Below are positions 52,301 through 64,000 of a stretch of 64,000 nucleotides of DNA, piece after piece. Every line of letters begins with the position of its first letter. Within the stretch, counting starts at the first letter, position 1. A program made the translations under genes and the position numbers. The notes under the pieces were generated by a model, which was not told where the DNA came from, ran no database searches, and worked only from the letters and a program-made list of their open reading frames with translations. Origin of the DNA: Eledone cirrhosa (lineage: Eukaryota); contig OZ024744.1 of the NCBI GenBank assembly GCA_964016885.1, forward strand, positions 18,910,001 to 18,974,000, given 5' to 3'.

Positions 52301-54956
52301 TGTCACTGTGTATGTCACTAAATGTTTGTTTGTGTCTGTGTCTCTGTGTATGTCACTGTTTGTTTGCGTGTGTCTGTGTCACTGTGTATGTCACTGTGTG
52401 TTTGTGTATGTCTGTGTGACTGTGTATGTCACTGTGTGTTTGTGTATGTCTGTGTCACTGTATGTTTCTGTATGTCTGTGTCACTGTGTATGTCACTGTG
52501 TGTTTCTGTATGTATGTGTCACCGTGTATGTCACTGTATCTTTGTGTATGCCTGTGTCACTGTGTATGTCACTGTGTGTTTCTGTATGTTTGTGTCACTG
52601 TGTATGTCACTAAATGTTTGTGTGTGTCTGTGTCTCTGTGTATGTCACTGTATGTTTGCGTGTGTCTGTGTCACTGTGTATGTCACTGTGTGTGTTTCTG
52701 TATGTCTGTGTCACTGTGTATGTCATTGCATCTTTGTGTATGCCTGTCTCACTCTGTATGTCACTGTGTGTTTCTGTATGTCTGTGTCACTGTGTATGTC
52801 ACTGTATGTTTCTGTATGTCTGTTTCACTGTGTATGTCACTGTATATGTGTGTATGTCTGTGTCACTCTGTATGTCACTGTTTGTTTCTGTATGTCTATG
52901 ACACTATGTATGCCACTGTATATTTGTGTTGTCTGTGTCATTGTGTATGTCACTGGGTGTTTCTGTATGTCTGTGTCACTGTGTATGACACTGTGTCTTT
53001 CTGTATGTATGTATCACTGTGTATGTCACTGTGTATATCTGTATGTCTGTGTCACTGTGTAAGTCATTGTATCTTTGTGTATGTCTGTGGCCCTCTGTAT
53101 GTCGTTGTGTGTTTCTGTATGTATGTGTCTCTGTGTATGTCACTGTATATTTGTGTATGTATGTGTCACTGTGTATGTCACTGTGAGTTTCTCTACGTCT
53201 GTGTCACTGTGTATGTCACTGTATGTCTCTGTATGTCTGTGTCACTGTCTATGTCACTGTATCTTTGTGTATGTCTGTGTCACTGTGTATGTCACTGTGT
53301 GTTTATGTATTTCTGTGTCTCTGTGTATGCCACTGTATCTTTGTGCATGTCTGCGTCACTGTGTATGTCACTGTGTGTTTCTGTATGTCTGTGTCACTGT
53401 GTATGTCGCAGTGTGTTTCTGTATATATGTGTCTCTGTGTATGTCAATGTATCTTTGTGTATGTCTGTGTCACTGTGTGTTTCTGTATGTCTGTGTCACT
53501 GTGTATGTCACTGTATGTTTGTGTGTGTCTGTGTCACTGTGTATGTCACTGTGTGTTTGTGTATGTCTGTGTCACAGTATGTTTCTGTATGTCTGTGTCA
53601 CTGTGTATGTCACTGTTTGTTTCTGTATGTATGTGTCACTGTGTATGTCACCGTATGTGAGTGTATGTCTGTGTCACGGTGTATGTCACTGTATCTTTGT
53701 GTATGCCTGTGTCACTGTGTATGTCACTGTGTGTTTTTGTATGTCTGTGTCACTGTGTATGTCACTGTATGTTTGTGTGTGTCTGTGTCACTGTGTATGT
53801 CAATGTCTCTGTGTGTTTCTGTATGTCTTTGTCTCTGTGTATGTAACTGTATCTTTGTGTATGTATGTGTCACTGTGTATGTCACTGTGTGTTTCTGTAT
53901 GTCTGTGTCACTGTGTATATCACTGTGTGTTTCTGTATATCTGTGTCTCTGTGTATGTCACTGTATCTTCGTGTATGTCTGGGTCACTGTGTATGTCACT
54001 GTATATTTGTGTATGTCTGTGTCACTGTGTATGTCACTGTATGTTTCTGTATGTCTGTGTCACTGTGTATATCAATGTGTGTTTCTGTATCTCTGTGTCA
54101 CGGTGTATGTCACAGCATGTTTGTGTATGTCTGTGTGACTGTGTATGTCACTGTGTGTTTCTGTATGGCTGTGTCACTGTGTATGTCACTGTATCTTTGT
54201 GTATGTCTGTGTCACTGTGTATGTCACATTGTGTTTCTGTATGTCTGTGTCACTGTCTATGTCACTGTATGTTTCTGAATGTCTGTGTCACTGTGTATGT
54301 CACTGTGTTTCTGTATGTCTGTGTCACGATGTATGTCACTGTATGTTTGTGTGTGACTGTGTCACTGTGTATGTCACTGTATGTTTGTGTATGTCTGTGT
54401 CACTGTATGTTTCTGTATGTCTGTGTCACTGTGTATGTCACTGTGTGTTTCTGTATGTCTGTGTCACTGTGTATGTCATTGTATATTTGTGTATGTCTGT
54501 GTCACTGTGTATGTCACTGTATGTTTCTGTAAGTTTGTGTCACTGTGTATGTCACTGTGTGTTTCTGTATGTCTGTGTCTCTGTGTATGTCACTGTATGT
54601 TTCTGTATGTCTGTTTCACTGTGTATGTCACTGTGTCTTTATGTATGTCTGTGTCACTCTGTATGTCACTGTATATTTCTGTATGTCTGTGTCACTGTGT
54701 ATGTCACTGTATGTTTCTGTATGTTTGTGTCACTGTGTATGTCACTGTATGTTTCTGTATGTCTGTTTCACTGTGTATGTCACTGTGTCTTTATGTATGT
54801 CTGTGTCACTCTGTATGTCACTGTATATTTCTGTATGTCTGTGTCAGTGTGTATGTCACTGTATGTTTCTGTATGTCTGTGTCACTCTGTATGTCACTGT
54901 ATGTTTCTATATGTCTGTGTCACTGTGTATGTCACTGTATGTTTCTGTATGTCTGT
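48071..54956. repeat. Dispersed copy of the left-hand block (approx. 5592-10671 followed by 1-1768 type sequence)
   Basis: ORF offsets are 6195/48674 and 7076/49555 (42,479), 8030/50433 (42,403), 8817/51372 (42,555), 10558/53075 (42,517) and 35/53223 (53,188). Offset changes are multiples of 38. Confidence 0.85.
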
Positions 54957-55494
54957 GTCACTGTGTATGTCATTGCATCTTTGTGTATGTCTGTGTCACT
55001 CTGTATGTCACTGTGTGTTTCTGCATGTCTGTGTCACTGTGTATGTCACTGTGTGTTCCTGTATGTCTCTGTCACTGTGTATGTCACTGTATCTTTGTGT
55101 ATCCCTGTGTCACTGTCTATGTCACTGTATGTTTCTGTATGTCTGTTTCACTGTGTATGTCACTGTATATTTGTGTATGTCTGTGTCACTCTGTATGTCA
55201 CTGTGTGTTTCTGTATGTCTGTGTCACTATGTATGCCACTGTATGTTTGTGTTGTCTGTGTCATTGTGTATGTCACTGGGTGTTTCTGTATGTCTGTGTC
55301 ACTGTGTATGACACTGTGTCTTTCTGTATGTATGTATCACTGTGTCTGTCACTGTGTGTATCTGTATGTCTGTGTCACTGTGTATGTCACTAAATGTTTG
55401 TGTGTGTCTGTGTCTCTGTGTATGTCACTGTTTGTTTGCGTGTGTCTGTGTCACGGTGTATGTCACTGTGTGTTTCTGTATGTCTGTGTGACTG

Positions 55495-58400
55495 TGTATG
55501 TCACTGTGTGTGTGTGTATGTCTGTGTCACTGTATGTTTCTGTAAGTCTGTGTCACTGTGTATGTCACTGTGTGTTTCTGTATGTATGTGTCACCGTGTA
55601 TGTCACTGTATCTTTGTGTATGTCTGTGGCACTCTGTATGTCGTTGTGTGTTTCTGTATGTATGTGTCTCTGTGTATGTCACTGTATATTTGTGTATGTA
55701 TGTGTCACTGTGTATGTCACTGTGAGTTTCTCTTTGTCTGTGTCACTGTGTATGTCACTGTATGTCTCTGTATGTCTGTGTCACTGTCTATGTCACTGTA
55801 TCTTTGGGTATGTCTGTGTCACTGTGTATGTCACTGTGTGTTTATGTATTTCTGTGTCTCTGTGTATGCCACTGTATCTTTGTGTATGTCTGCGTCACTG
55901 TGTATGTCACTGTGTGTTTCTGTATGTCTGTGTCACTGTGTATGTCACAGTGTGTTTCTGTATATATGTGTCTCTGTGTATGTCACTGTATCTTTGTGTA
56001 TGTCTCTGTCACTGTGTGTTTTTGTATGTCTGTGTCACTGTGTATGTCACTGTATGTTTGTGTGTGTCTGTGTCACTGTGTATGTCACTGTGTGTTTGTG
56101 TATGTCTGTGTCACTGTATGTTTCTGTATGTCTGTGTCACTGTGTATGTCACTGTTTGTTTCTGTATGTATGTGTCACTGTGTATGTCACCGTATGTGTG
56201 TGTATGTCTGTGTCATGTTGTATGTCACTGTATCTTTGTGTATGCCTGTGTCACTGTGTATGTCACTGTGTGTTTCTGTATGTCTGTGTCACTGTGTATG
56301 TCACTGTATGTTTGTGTGTGTCTGTGTCACTGTGTATGTCAATGTCTCTGTGTGTTTCTGTATGTCTGTGTCTCTGTGTATGTCACTGTATCTTTGTGTA
56401 TGTATGTGTCAATGTGTATGTCATTGTGTGTTTCTGTATGTCTGTGTCACTGTGTATATCACTGTGTGTTTCTGTATATCTGTGTCTCTGTGTATGTCAC
56501 TGTTTGTTTGCGTGAATCTGTGTCACTGTTTATGTCACTGTGTGTTTCTGTATGTCTGTGTGACTGTGTATGTCACTGTGTGTTTGTGTATGTCTGTGTC
56601 ACTGTATGTTTCTGTATGTCTTTGTCACTGTGTATGTCACTGTGTGTTTCTGTATGTATGTGTCACCGTGTATGTCACTGTATCTTTGTGTATGCCTGTG
56701 TCACTGTGTATGTCACTGTGTGTTTCTGTATGTTTGTGTCATTGTGTATGTCACTAAATGTTTGTGTGTGTCTGTGTCCCTGTGTATGTCACTGTGTGTT
56801 TGCGTGTGTCTGTGTCACTGTGTATGTCACTGTGTGTTTCTGTATGTCTGTGTGACTGTGTATGTCACTGTTTGTGTATGTCTGTGTCACTGTGTGTGTT
56901 TCTGCATGTCTGTGTCACTGTGTATGTCACTGTGTGTTTCTGTATGTCTGTGTCACGGTGTATGTCACTGTATGTTTGTGTGTGACTGTGTCACTGTGTA
57001 TGTCACTGTGTGTTTGTGTATGTCTGTGTCACTGTATGTTTCTGTATGTCTGTGTCACTGTGTATGTCACTGTGTGTTTCTGTATGTCTGTGTCACTGTG
57101 TATGTCATTGTATCTTTGTGTATGTCTGTGTCACTGTGTCTTTATGTATGTCTGTGTCACTCTGTATGTCACTGTATATTTCTGTATGTCTGTGTCACTG
57201 TGTATATCACTGTATGTTTCTGTATGTCTGTGTCACTGTGTATGTCACTGTGTGTTTCTGTATGGCTGTGTCACTGTGTATGTCACTGTATTTTGTGTAT
57301 GTCCATGTCACTGTGTATGTCACAGTGTGTTTCTGTATGTCTGTGTCACTGTCTATGTCACTGTATGTTTCTGAATGTCTGTGTCACTGTGTATGTCACT
57401 GTGTGTTTGTGTATGTCTGTGTCACTGTATGTTTCTGTATGTCTGTGTCACTGTGTATGACACTGTGTGGTTCTGTATGTCTGTGTCACTGTGTATGACA
57501 TTGTATCTTTGTGTATGTCTGTGTCGCTGTGTATGTCACTGTATGTTTCTGTATGTTTGTGTCACTGTGTATGTCACTGTGTGTTTTTGTATGTCTGTGT
57601 CACTGTGTATGTCACTGTATGTTTCTGTATGTCTGTTTCACTGTGTATGTCACTGTGTATTTATGTATGTCTGTGTCACTCTGTATGTCACTGTATATTT
57701 CTGTATGTCTGTGTCACTGTGTATGTCACTGTATGTTTCTGTATGCCTGTGTCACTGTGTATGTCACTGTATGTTTCTGTATGTCTGTGTCACTGTGTAT
57801 GTCACTGTATATTTGTGTATGTCTGTGTCCCTGTGTATGTCACTGTATGTTTCTGTATGTTTGTGTCACTGTGTATGTCACTGTGTGTTTCTGTATGTCT
57901 GTGTCACTGTGTATGTCACTGTGTGTTTCTGTATGTTTGTGTCACTGTGTATGTCACTAAATGTTTGTGTGTGTATGTGTCTCTGTGTATGTCACTGTTT
58001 GTTTGCGTGTGTCTGTGTCACTGTGTATGTCACTGTGTGTTTCTGTATGTCTGTGTGACTGTGTATGTCACTGTGTGTTTGTGTATGTCTGTGTCACTGT
58101 ATGTTTCTGTATGTCTGTGTCACTGTGTATGTCACTGTGTGTTTCTGTATGTATGTGTCACCGTGTATGTCACTGTATCTTTGTGTATGCCTGTGTCACT
58201 GTGTATGTCACTGTGTGTTTCTGTATGTTTGTGTTACTGTGTATGTCACTGTGTGTTTCTGTATGTCTGTGTCACTGTGTATGTCACTGTGTGTTTCTGT
58301 ATGTTTGTGTCACTGTGTATGTCACTAAATGTTTGTGTGTGTCTGTGTCTCTGTGTATGTCACTGTGTGTTTGCGTGTGTTTGTGTCACTGTGTATGTCA

Positions 58401-61400
58401 CTGTGTGTTTCTGTATGTCTGTGTCACTGTGTATGTCACTGTATGTTTCTGTATGTCTGTTTCACTGTGTATATCACTGTGTGTTTCTGTATGTCTGTGT
58501 CACTGTATATGTCACTGTATCTTTGTGTATGCCTGTGTCACTGTCTATGTCACTGTATGTTTATGTATGTCTGTTTCACTCTGTATGTCACTGTATATTT
58601 GTGTATGTCTGTGTCACTCTGTATGTCACTGTGTGTTTCTGTATGTCTGTGTCACTATGTATGCCACTGTATATTTGTGTTGTCTGTGTCATCGTGTATG
58701 TCACTGTGTCTTTCTGTATGTATGTATCACTGTGTATGTCACTGTGTGTATCTGTATGTCTGTGTCACTGTGTAAGTCATTGTATCTTTGTGTATGTCTG
58801 TGGCACTTTGTATGTCGTTGTGTGTTTCTGTATGTACGTGTCTCTGTGTATGTCACTGTATATTTGTGTATGTATGTGTCACTGTGTATGTCACTGTGTG
58901 TTTCTGTATGTCTGTGTCTCTGTGTATGTCACTGTATCTTTGTGTATGTATGTGTCACTGTGTATGTCACTGTGTGTTTCTGTATGTCTGTGTCACTGTG
59001 TATATCACTGTGTGTTTCTGTATATCTGTGTCTCTGTGTATGTCACTGTATCTTTGTGTATGCCTGGGTCACTGTGTATGTCACTGTATATTTGTGTATG
59101 TCTGTGTCACGGTGTATATCACTGTATGTTTGTGTATGTCTGTGTCACTGTGTATGTCACTGTATGTTTCTGTATGTCTGTGTCACTGTGTATATCAATG
59201 TGTGTTTCTGTATCTCTGTGTCACGGTGTATGTCACTGCATGTTTGTGTATGTCTGTGTGACTGTGTATGTCACTGTGTGTTTCTGTATGGCTGTGTCAC
59301 TGTGTATGTCACTGTATCTTTGTGTATGTTTGTATCACTGTGTATGTCACTGTGTGTTTATGTATGTCTGTGTCTCTGTGTATGTCACTGTATCTTTGCG
59401 TATGTCTGCGTCACTGTGTATGTCACTGTGTGTTTCTGTATGTCTGTGTCACTGTGTATGTCACAGTGTGTTTCTGTATATCTGTGTCTCTGTGTATGTC
59501 ACTGTATCTTTGTGTATGTCTGTGTCACTGTGTATGTCACTGTATGTTTCTGTATGTATGTTTCACTGTGTATGTCACTAAATGTTTGTGTGTGTCTGTG
59601 TCTCTGTGTATGTCACTGTGTGTTTGCGTGTGTCTGTGTCACTGTGTATGTCACTGTGTGTTTCTGTATGTCTGTGTGACTGTGTATGTCACTGTTTGTT
59701 TGTGTATGTCTATGTCACTGTGTGTGTTTCTGTATGTCTGTGTCACTGTGTATGTCATTGCATCTTTGTGTATGTCTGTGTCACTGTGTATGTCACTGTA
59801 TGTTTCTGTATGTTTGTGTCACTGTGTATGTCACTGTGTGTTTCTGTATGTCTGTGTCTCTGTGTATGTCACTGTATGTTTCTGTATGTCTGTTTCACTG
59901 TGTATGTCACTGTGTCTTTATGTATGTCTGTGTCACTCTGTATGTCACTGTATATTTCTGTATGTCTGTGTCACTGTGTATGTCACTGTATGTTTCTGTA
60001 TGTCTGTGTCACTGTGTATGTCACTGTATGTTTATGTATGTCTGTGTCACTGTGTATGTCACTGTATCTTTGTGTATGTCTGTGTCCCTGTGTATGTCAC
60101 TGTTTGTTTCTGTATGTTTGTGTCACTGTGTATGTCACTGTGTATTTCTGTATGTCTGTGTCACTGTGTATGTCACTGTGTGTTTCTGTATGTTTGTGTC
60201 ACTGTGTATGTCACTAAATGTTTGTGTGTGTCTGTGTCTCTGTGTATGTCACTGTTTGTTTGCGTGTGTCTGTGTCACTGTGTATGTCACTGTGTGTTTG
60301 TGTATGTCTGTGTGACTGTGTATGTCACTGTGTGTTTGTGTATGTCTGTGTCACTGTATGTTTCTGTATGTCTGTGTCACTGTGTATGTCACTGTGTGTT
60401 TCTGTATGTATGTGTCACCGTGTATGTCACTGTATCTTTGTGTATGCCTGTGTCACTGTGTATGTCACTGTGTGTTTCTGTATGTTTGTGTCACTGTGTA
60501 TGTCACTAAATGTTTGTGTGTGTCTGTGTCTCTGTGTATGTCACTGTATGTTTGCGTGTGTCTGTGTCACTGTGTATGTCACTGTGTGTGTTTCTGTATG
60601 TCTGTGTCACTGTGTATGTCATTGCATCTTTGTGTATGCCTGTCTCACTCTGTATGTCACTGTGTGTTTCTGCATGTCTGTGTCACTGTGTATGTCAATG
60701 TGTGTTTCTGTATGTCTGTGTCACTGTGTATGTCACTGTATGTTTCTGTATGTCTGTTTCACTGTGTATGTCACTGTATATGTGTGTATGTCTGTGTCAC
60801 TCTGTATGTCACTGTTTGTTTCTGTATGTCTATGACACTATGTATGCCACTGTATATTTGTGTTGTCTGTGTCATTGTGTATGTCACTGGGTGTTTCTGT
60901 ATGTCTGTGTCACTGTGTATGACACTGTGTCTTTCTGTATGTATGTATACCTGTGTATGTCACTGTGTGTATCTGTATGTCTGTGTCACTGTGTAAGTCA
61001 TTGTATCTTTGTGTATGTCTGTGGCACTCTGTATGTCGTTGTGTGTTTCTGTATGTATGTGTCTCTGTGTATGTCACTGTATATTTGTGTATGTATGTGT
61101 CACTGTGTATGTCACTGTGAGTTTCTCTACGTCTGTGTCACTGTGTATGTCACTGTATGTCTCTGTATGTCTGTGTCACTGTCTATGTCACTGTATCTTT
61201 GTGTATGTCTGTGTCACTGTGTATGTCACTGTGTGTTTATGTATTTCTGTGTCTCTGTGTATGCCACTGTATCTTTGTGCATGTCTGCGTCACTGTGTAT
61301 GTCACTGTGTGTTTCTGTATGTCTGTGTCACTGTGTATGTCGCAGTGTGTTTCTGTATATATGTGTCTCTGTGTATGTCAATGTATCTTTGTGTATGTCT

Positions 61401-64000
61401 GTGTCACTGTGTGTTTCTGTATGTCTGTGTCACTGTGTATGTCACTGTATGTTTGTGTGTGTCTGTGTCACTGTGTATGTCACTGTGTGTTTGTGTATGT
61501 CTGTGTCACAGTATGTTTCTGTATGTCTGTGTCACTGTGTATGTCACTGTTTGTTTCTGTATGTATGTGTCACTGTGTATGTCACCGTATGTGAGTGTAT
61601 GTCTGTGTCACGGTGTATGTCACTGTATCTTTGTGTATGCCTGTGTCACTGTGTATGTCACTGTGTGTTTTTGTATGTCTGTGTCACTGTGTATGTCACT
61701 GTATGTTTGTGTGTGTCTGTGTCACTGTGTATGTCAAGGTCTCTGTGTGTTTCTGTATGTCTTTGTCTCTGTGTATGTAACTGTATCTTTGTGTATGTAT
61801 GTGTCACTGTGTATGTCACTGTGTGTTTCTGTATGTCTGTGTCACTGTGTATATCACTGTGTGTTTCTGTATATCTGTGTCTCTGTGTATGTCACTGTAT
61901 CTTCGTGTATGTCTGGGTCACTGTGTATGTCACTGTATATTTGTGTATGTCTGTGTCACTGTGTATGTCACTGTATGTTTCTGTATGTCTGTGTCACTGT
62001 GTATATCAATGTGTGTTTCTGTATCTCTGTGTCACGGTGTATGTCACAGCATGTTTGTGTATGTCTGTGTGACTGTGTATGTCACTGTGTGTTTCTGTAT
62101 GGCTGTGTCACTGTGTATGTCACTGTATCTTTGTGTATGTCTGTGTCACTGTGTATGTCACAGTGTGTTTCTGTATGTCTGTGTCACTGTCTATGTCACT
62201 GTATGTTTCTGAATGTCTGTGTCACTGTGTATGTCACTGTGTTTCTGTATGTCTGTGTCACGATGTATGTCACTGTATGTTTGTGTGTGACTGTGTCACT
62301 GTGTATGTCACTGTATGTTTGTGTATGTCTGTGTCACTGTATGTTTCTGTATGTCTGTGTCACTGTGTATGTCACTGTGTGTTTCTGTATGTCTGTGTCA
62401 CTGTGTATGTCATTGTATATTTGTGTATGTCTGTGTCACTGTGTATGTCACTGTATGTTTCTGTAAGTTTGTGTCACTGTGTATGTCACTGTGTGTTTCT
62501 GTATGTCTGTGTCTCTGTGTATGTCACTGTATGTTTCTGTATGTCTGTTTCACTGTGTATGTCACTGTGTCTTTATGTATGTCTGTGTCACTCTGTATGT
62601 CACTGTATATTTCTGTATGTCTGTGTCACTGTGTATGTCACTGTATGTTTCTGTATGTTTGTGTCACTGTGTATGTCACTGTATGTTTCTGTATGTCTGT
62701 TTCACTGTGTATGTCACTGTGTCTTTATGTATGTCTGTGTCACTCTGTATGTCACTGTATATTTCTGTATGTCTGTGTCACTGTGTATGTCACTGTATGT
62801 TTCTGTATGTCTGTGTCACTCTGTATGTCACTGTATGTTTCTATATGTCTGTGTCACTGTGTATGTCACTGTATGTTTCTGTATGTCTGTCTCACTGTGT
62901 ATGTCACTGTGTGTTTCTGTATGTCTGTGTCACTCTGTATGTCACTGTATATGTCTGTATGTCTGTTTCACTGTGTATGTCACTGTATGTTTCTGTATGT
63001 CTGTGTCACTGTGTATGTCACTGTGTGTTTCTGTATGTCTGTGTCACTGTATATGTCACTGTAACTTTGTGTATGCCTGTGTCACTGTTTATGTCACTGT
63101 ATGTTTCTGTATATCTGTTTCACTGTGTATGACACTGTGTGTTTCTGTATGTATGTATCACTGTGTATGTCACTGTGTGTTTCTGTATGTCTGTGTCACT
63201 ATGTAAGTCATTGTATCTTTGTGTATGTCACTGTGTATTTCTGTATGTCTGTGTCACTGTGTATGTCACAGTGTGTTTCTGTATATCTGTGTCACTGTGT
63301 ATGTCACTGTATGTTTCTGTATGTATGTTTCACTGTGTATGTCACTAAATGTTTGTGTGTGTCTGTGTCTCTGTGTATGTCACTGTGTGTTTGCGTGTGT
63401 CTGTGTCACTGTGTATGTCACTGTGTGTTTCTGTATGTCTGTGTGACTGTGTATGTCACTGTTTGTTTGTGTATGTCTGTGTCACTGTGTGTGTTTCTGT
63501 ATGTCTGTGTCACTGTGTATGTCATTGCATCTTTGTGTATGTCTGTGTCACTCTGTATGTCACTGTGTGTTTCTGCATGTCTGTGTCACTGTGTATGTCA
63601 CTGTGTGTTCCTGTATGTCTGTGTCACTGTGTATGTCACTGTATGTTTCTGTATGTCTGTTTCACTGTGTATATCACTGTGTGTTTCTGTATGTCTGTGT
63701 CACTGTATATGTCACTGTATCTTTGTGTATCCCTGTGTCACTGTCTATGTCACTGTATGTTTCTGTATGTCTGTTTCACTGTGTATGTCACTGTATATTT
63801 GTGTATGTCTGTGTCACTCTGTATGTCACTGTGTGTTTCTGTATGTCTGTGTCACTATGTATGCCACTGTGTGTTTGTGTTGTCTGTGTCATTGTGTATG
63901 TCACTGGGTGTTTCTGTATGTCTGTGTCACTGTGTATGACACTGTGTCTTTCTGTATGCATGTATCACTGTGTATGTCACTGTGTGTATCTGTATGTCTG
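55495..64000. repeat. Further copy of the left-hand block (approx. 5120-10671 followed by 1-2878), ~7.9 kb downstream of the previous copy
   Basis: ORF offsets are 5387/55762 (50,375), 7076/57375 (50,299), 8817/59268 (50,451) and 957/62079 (61,122). Relative to the preceding copy they are 51372/59268 (7,896) and 53223/61157 (7,934). Confidence 0.88.

Larger units (their letters stand above)
1..64000. repeat. 38-bp tandem satellite array (~1,700 head-to-tail monomers), extends past both window ends
   Basis: Consensus GTCACTGTGTATGTCACTGTGTGTTTCTGTATGTCTGT (18 T, 10 G, 6 C, 4 A) recurs throughout. I saw no unique sequence and no inversion. All three + frames translate into the same cyclic 38-aa word (3 x 38 nt = 114 nt), which confirms the period. 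Confidence 0.99.

Noticed and set aside
13-63939. Hundreds of long Cys/Val/Ser/Leu-rich + strand ORFs (up to 1,362 aa) with CxCHC motifs resembling metal-binding or membrane proteins
   Set aside because: The + consensus has no TAA/TAG/TGA, so all three frames are open and give the same 38-aa word. Stops and frameshifts fall in all frames and differ between sister copies. These are repeat artefacts.
1-64000. CRISPR array (38-bp period is in the CRISPR repeat size range)
   Set aside because: There are no unique spacers, leader or cas genes; monomers abut directly.
1-64000. Telomerase-made TG-rich telomeric repeat
   Set aside because: There are no G-runs, and variants are inherited in kb-scale blocks rather than templated uniformly. 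A subtelomeric or recombination-maintained terminal location cannot be excluded without flanks.
1-64000. CpG absence with TG excess as evidence of methylation-driven decay or RIP
   Set aside because: It is adequately explained by (GT)n ancestry. CpGs appear only as derived variants, so no direction of decay can be inferred.
1-64000. Assignment to a named satellite family, species or centromere
   Set aside because: I do not recognise the monomer with confidence and there is no unique flank. A BLASTn/Dfam/Repbase search of the 38-mer dimer is needed.

Overview
The whole 64-kb window is one uninterrupted, single-orientation tandem satellite with no unique flanking DNA. I can support no genes, RNAs, transposons or CRISPR arrays. 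The monomer is 38 bp, GTCACTGTGTAT + GTCACTGT(G/A)T(G/C/A)TTT(C/G/A)TGTATGTCTGT (12-bp subunit A + 26-bp subunit B), with roughly 1,700 copies. All + strand ORFs are artefacts of a stop-free consensus. The informative content is the higher-order architecture, which can be read from rare variant monomers and from exact ORF-coordinate offsets. It includes an old landmark cassette recurring about 28 times and young near-identical duplications: 10,671/10,309 bp, nested 5,314/6,504 bp, 4,780 bp x3, and ~7.9 kb. There is also a microhomology-bounded 362-bp deletion and a 177-bp insertion copied from a non-adjacent site. Two motif-level observations are speculative but testable. On the minus strand each monomer parses like a V(D)J recombination signal (CACAGTG heptamer + 12- or 22-nt spacer + nonamer-like motif). 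The plus strand is saturated with GTATGT 5'-splice-site-like and UG-rich motifs while nearly lacking AG. The host is probably a eukaryote (inference only). All comparisons were made by eye, not by computed alignment.
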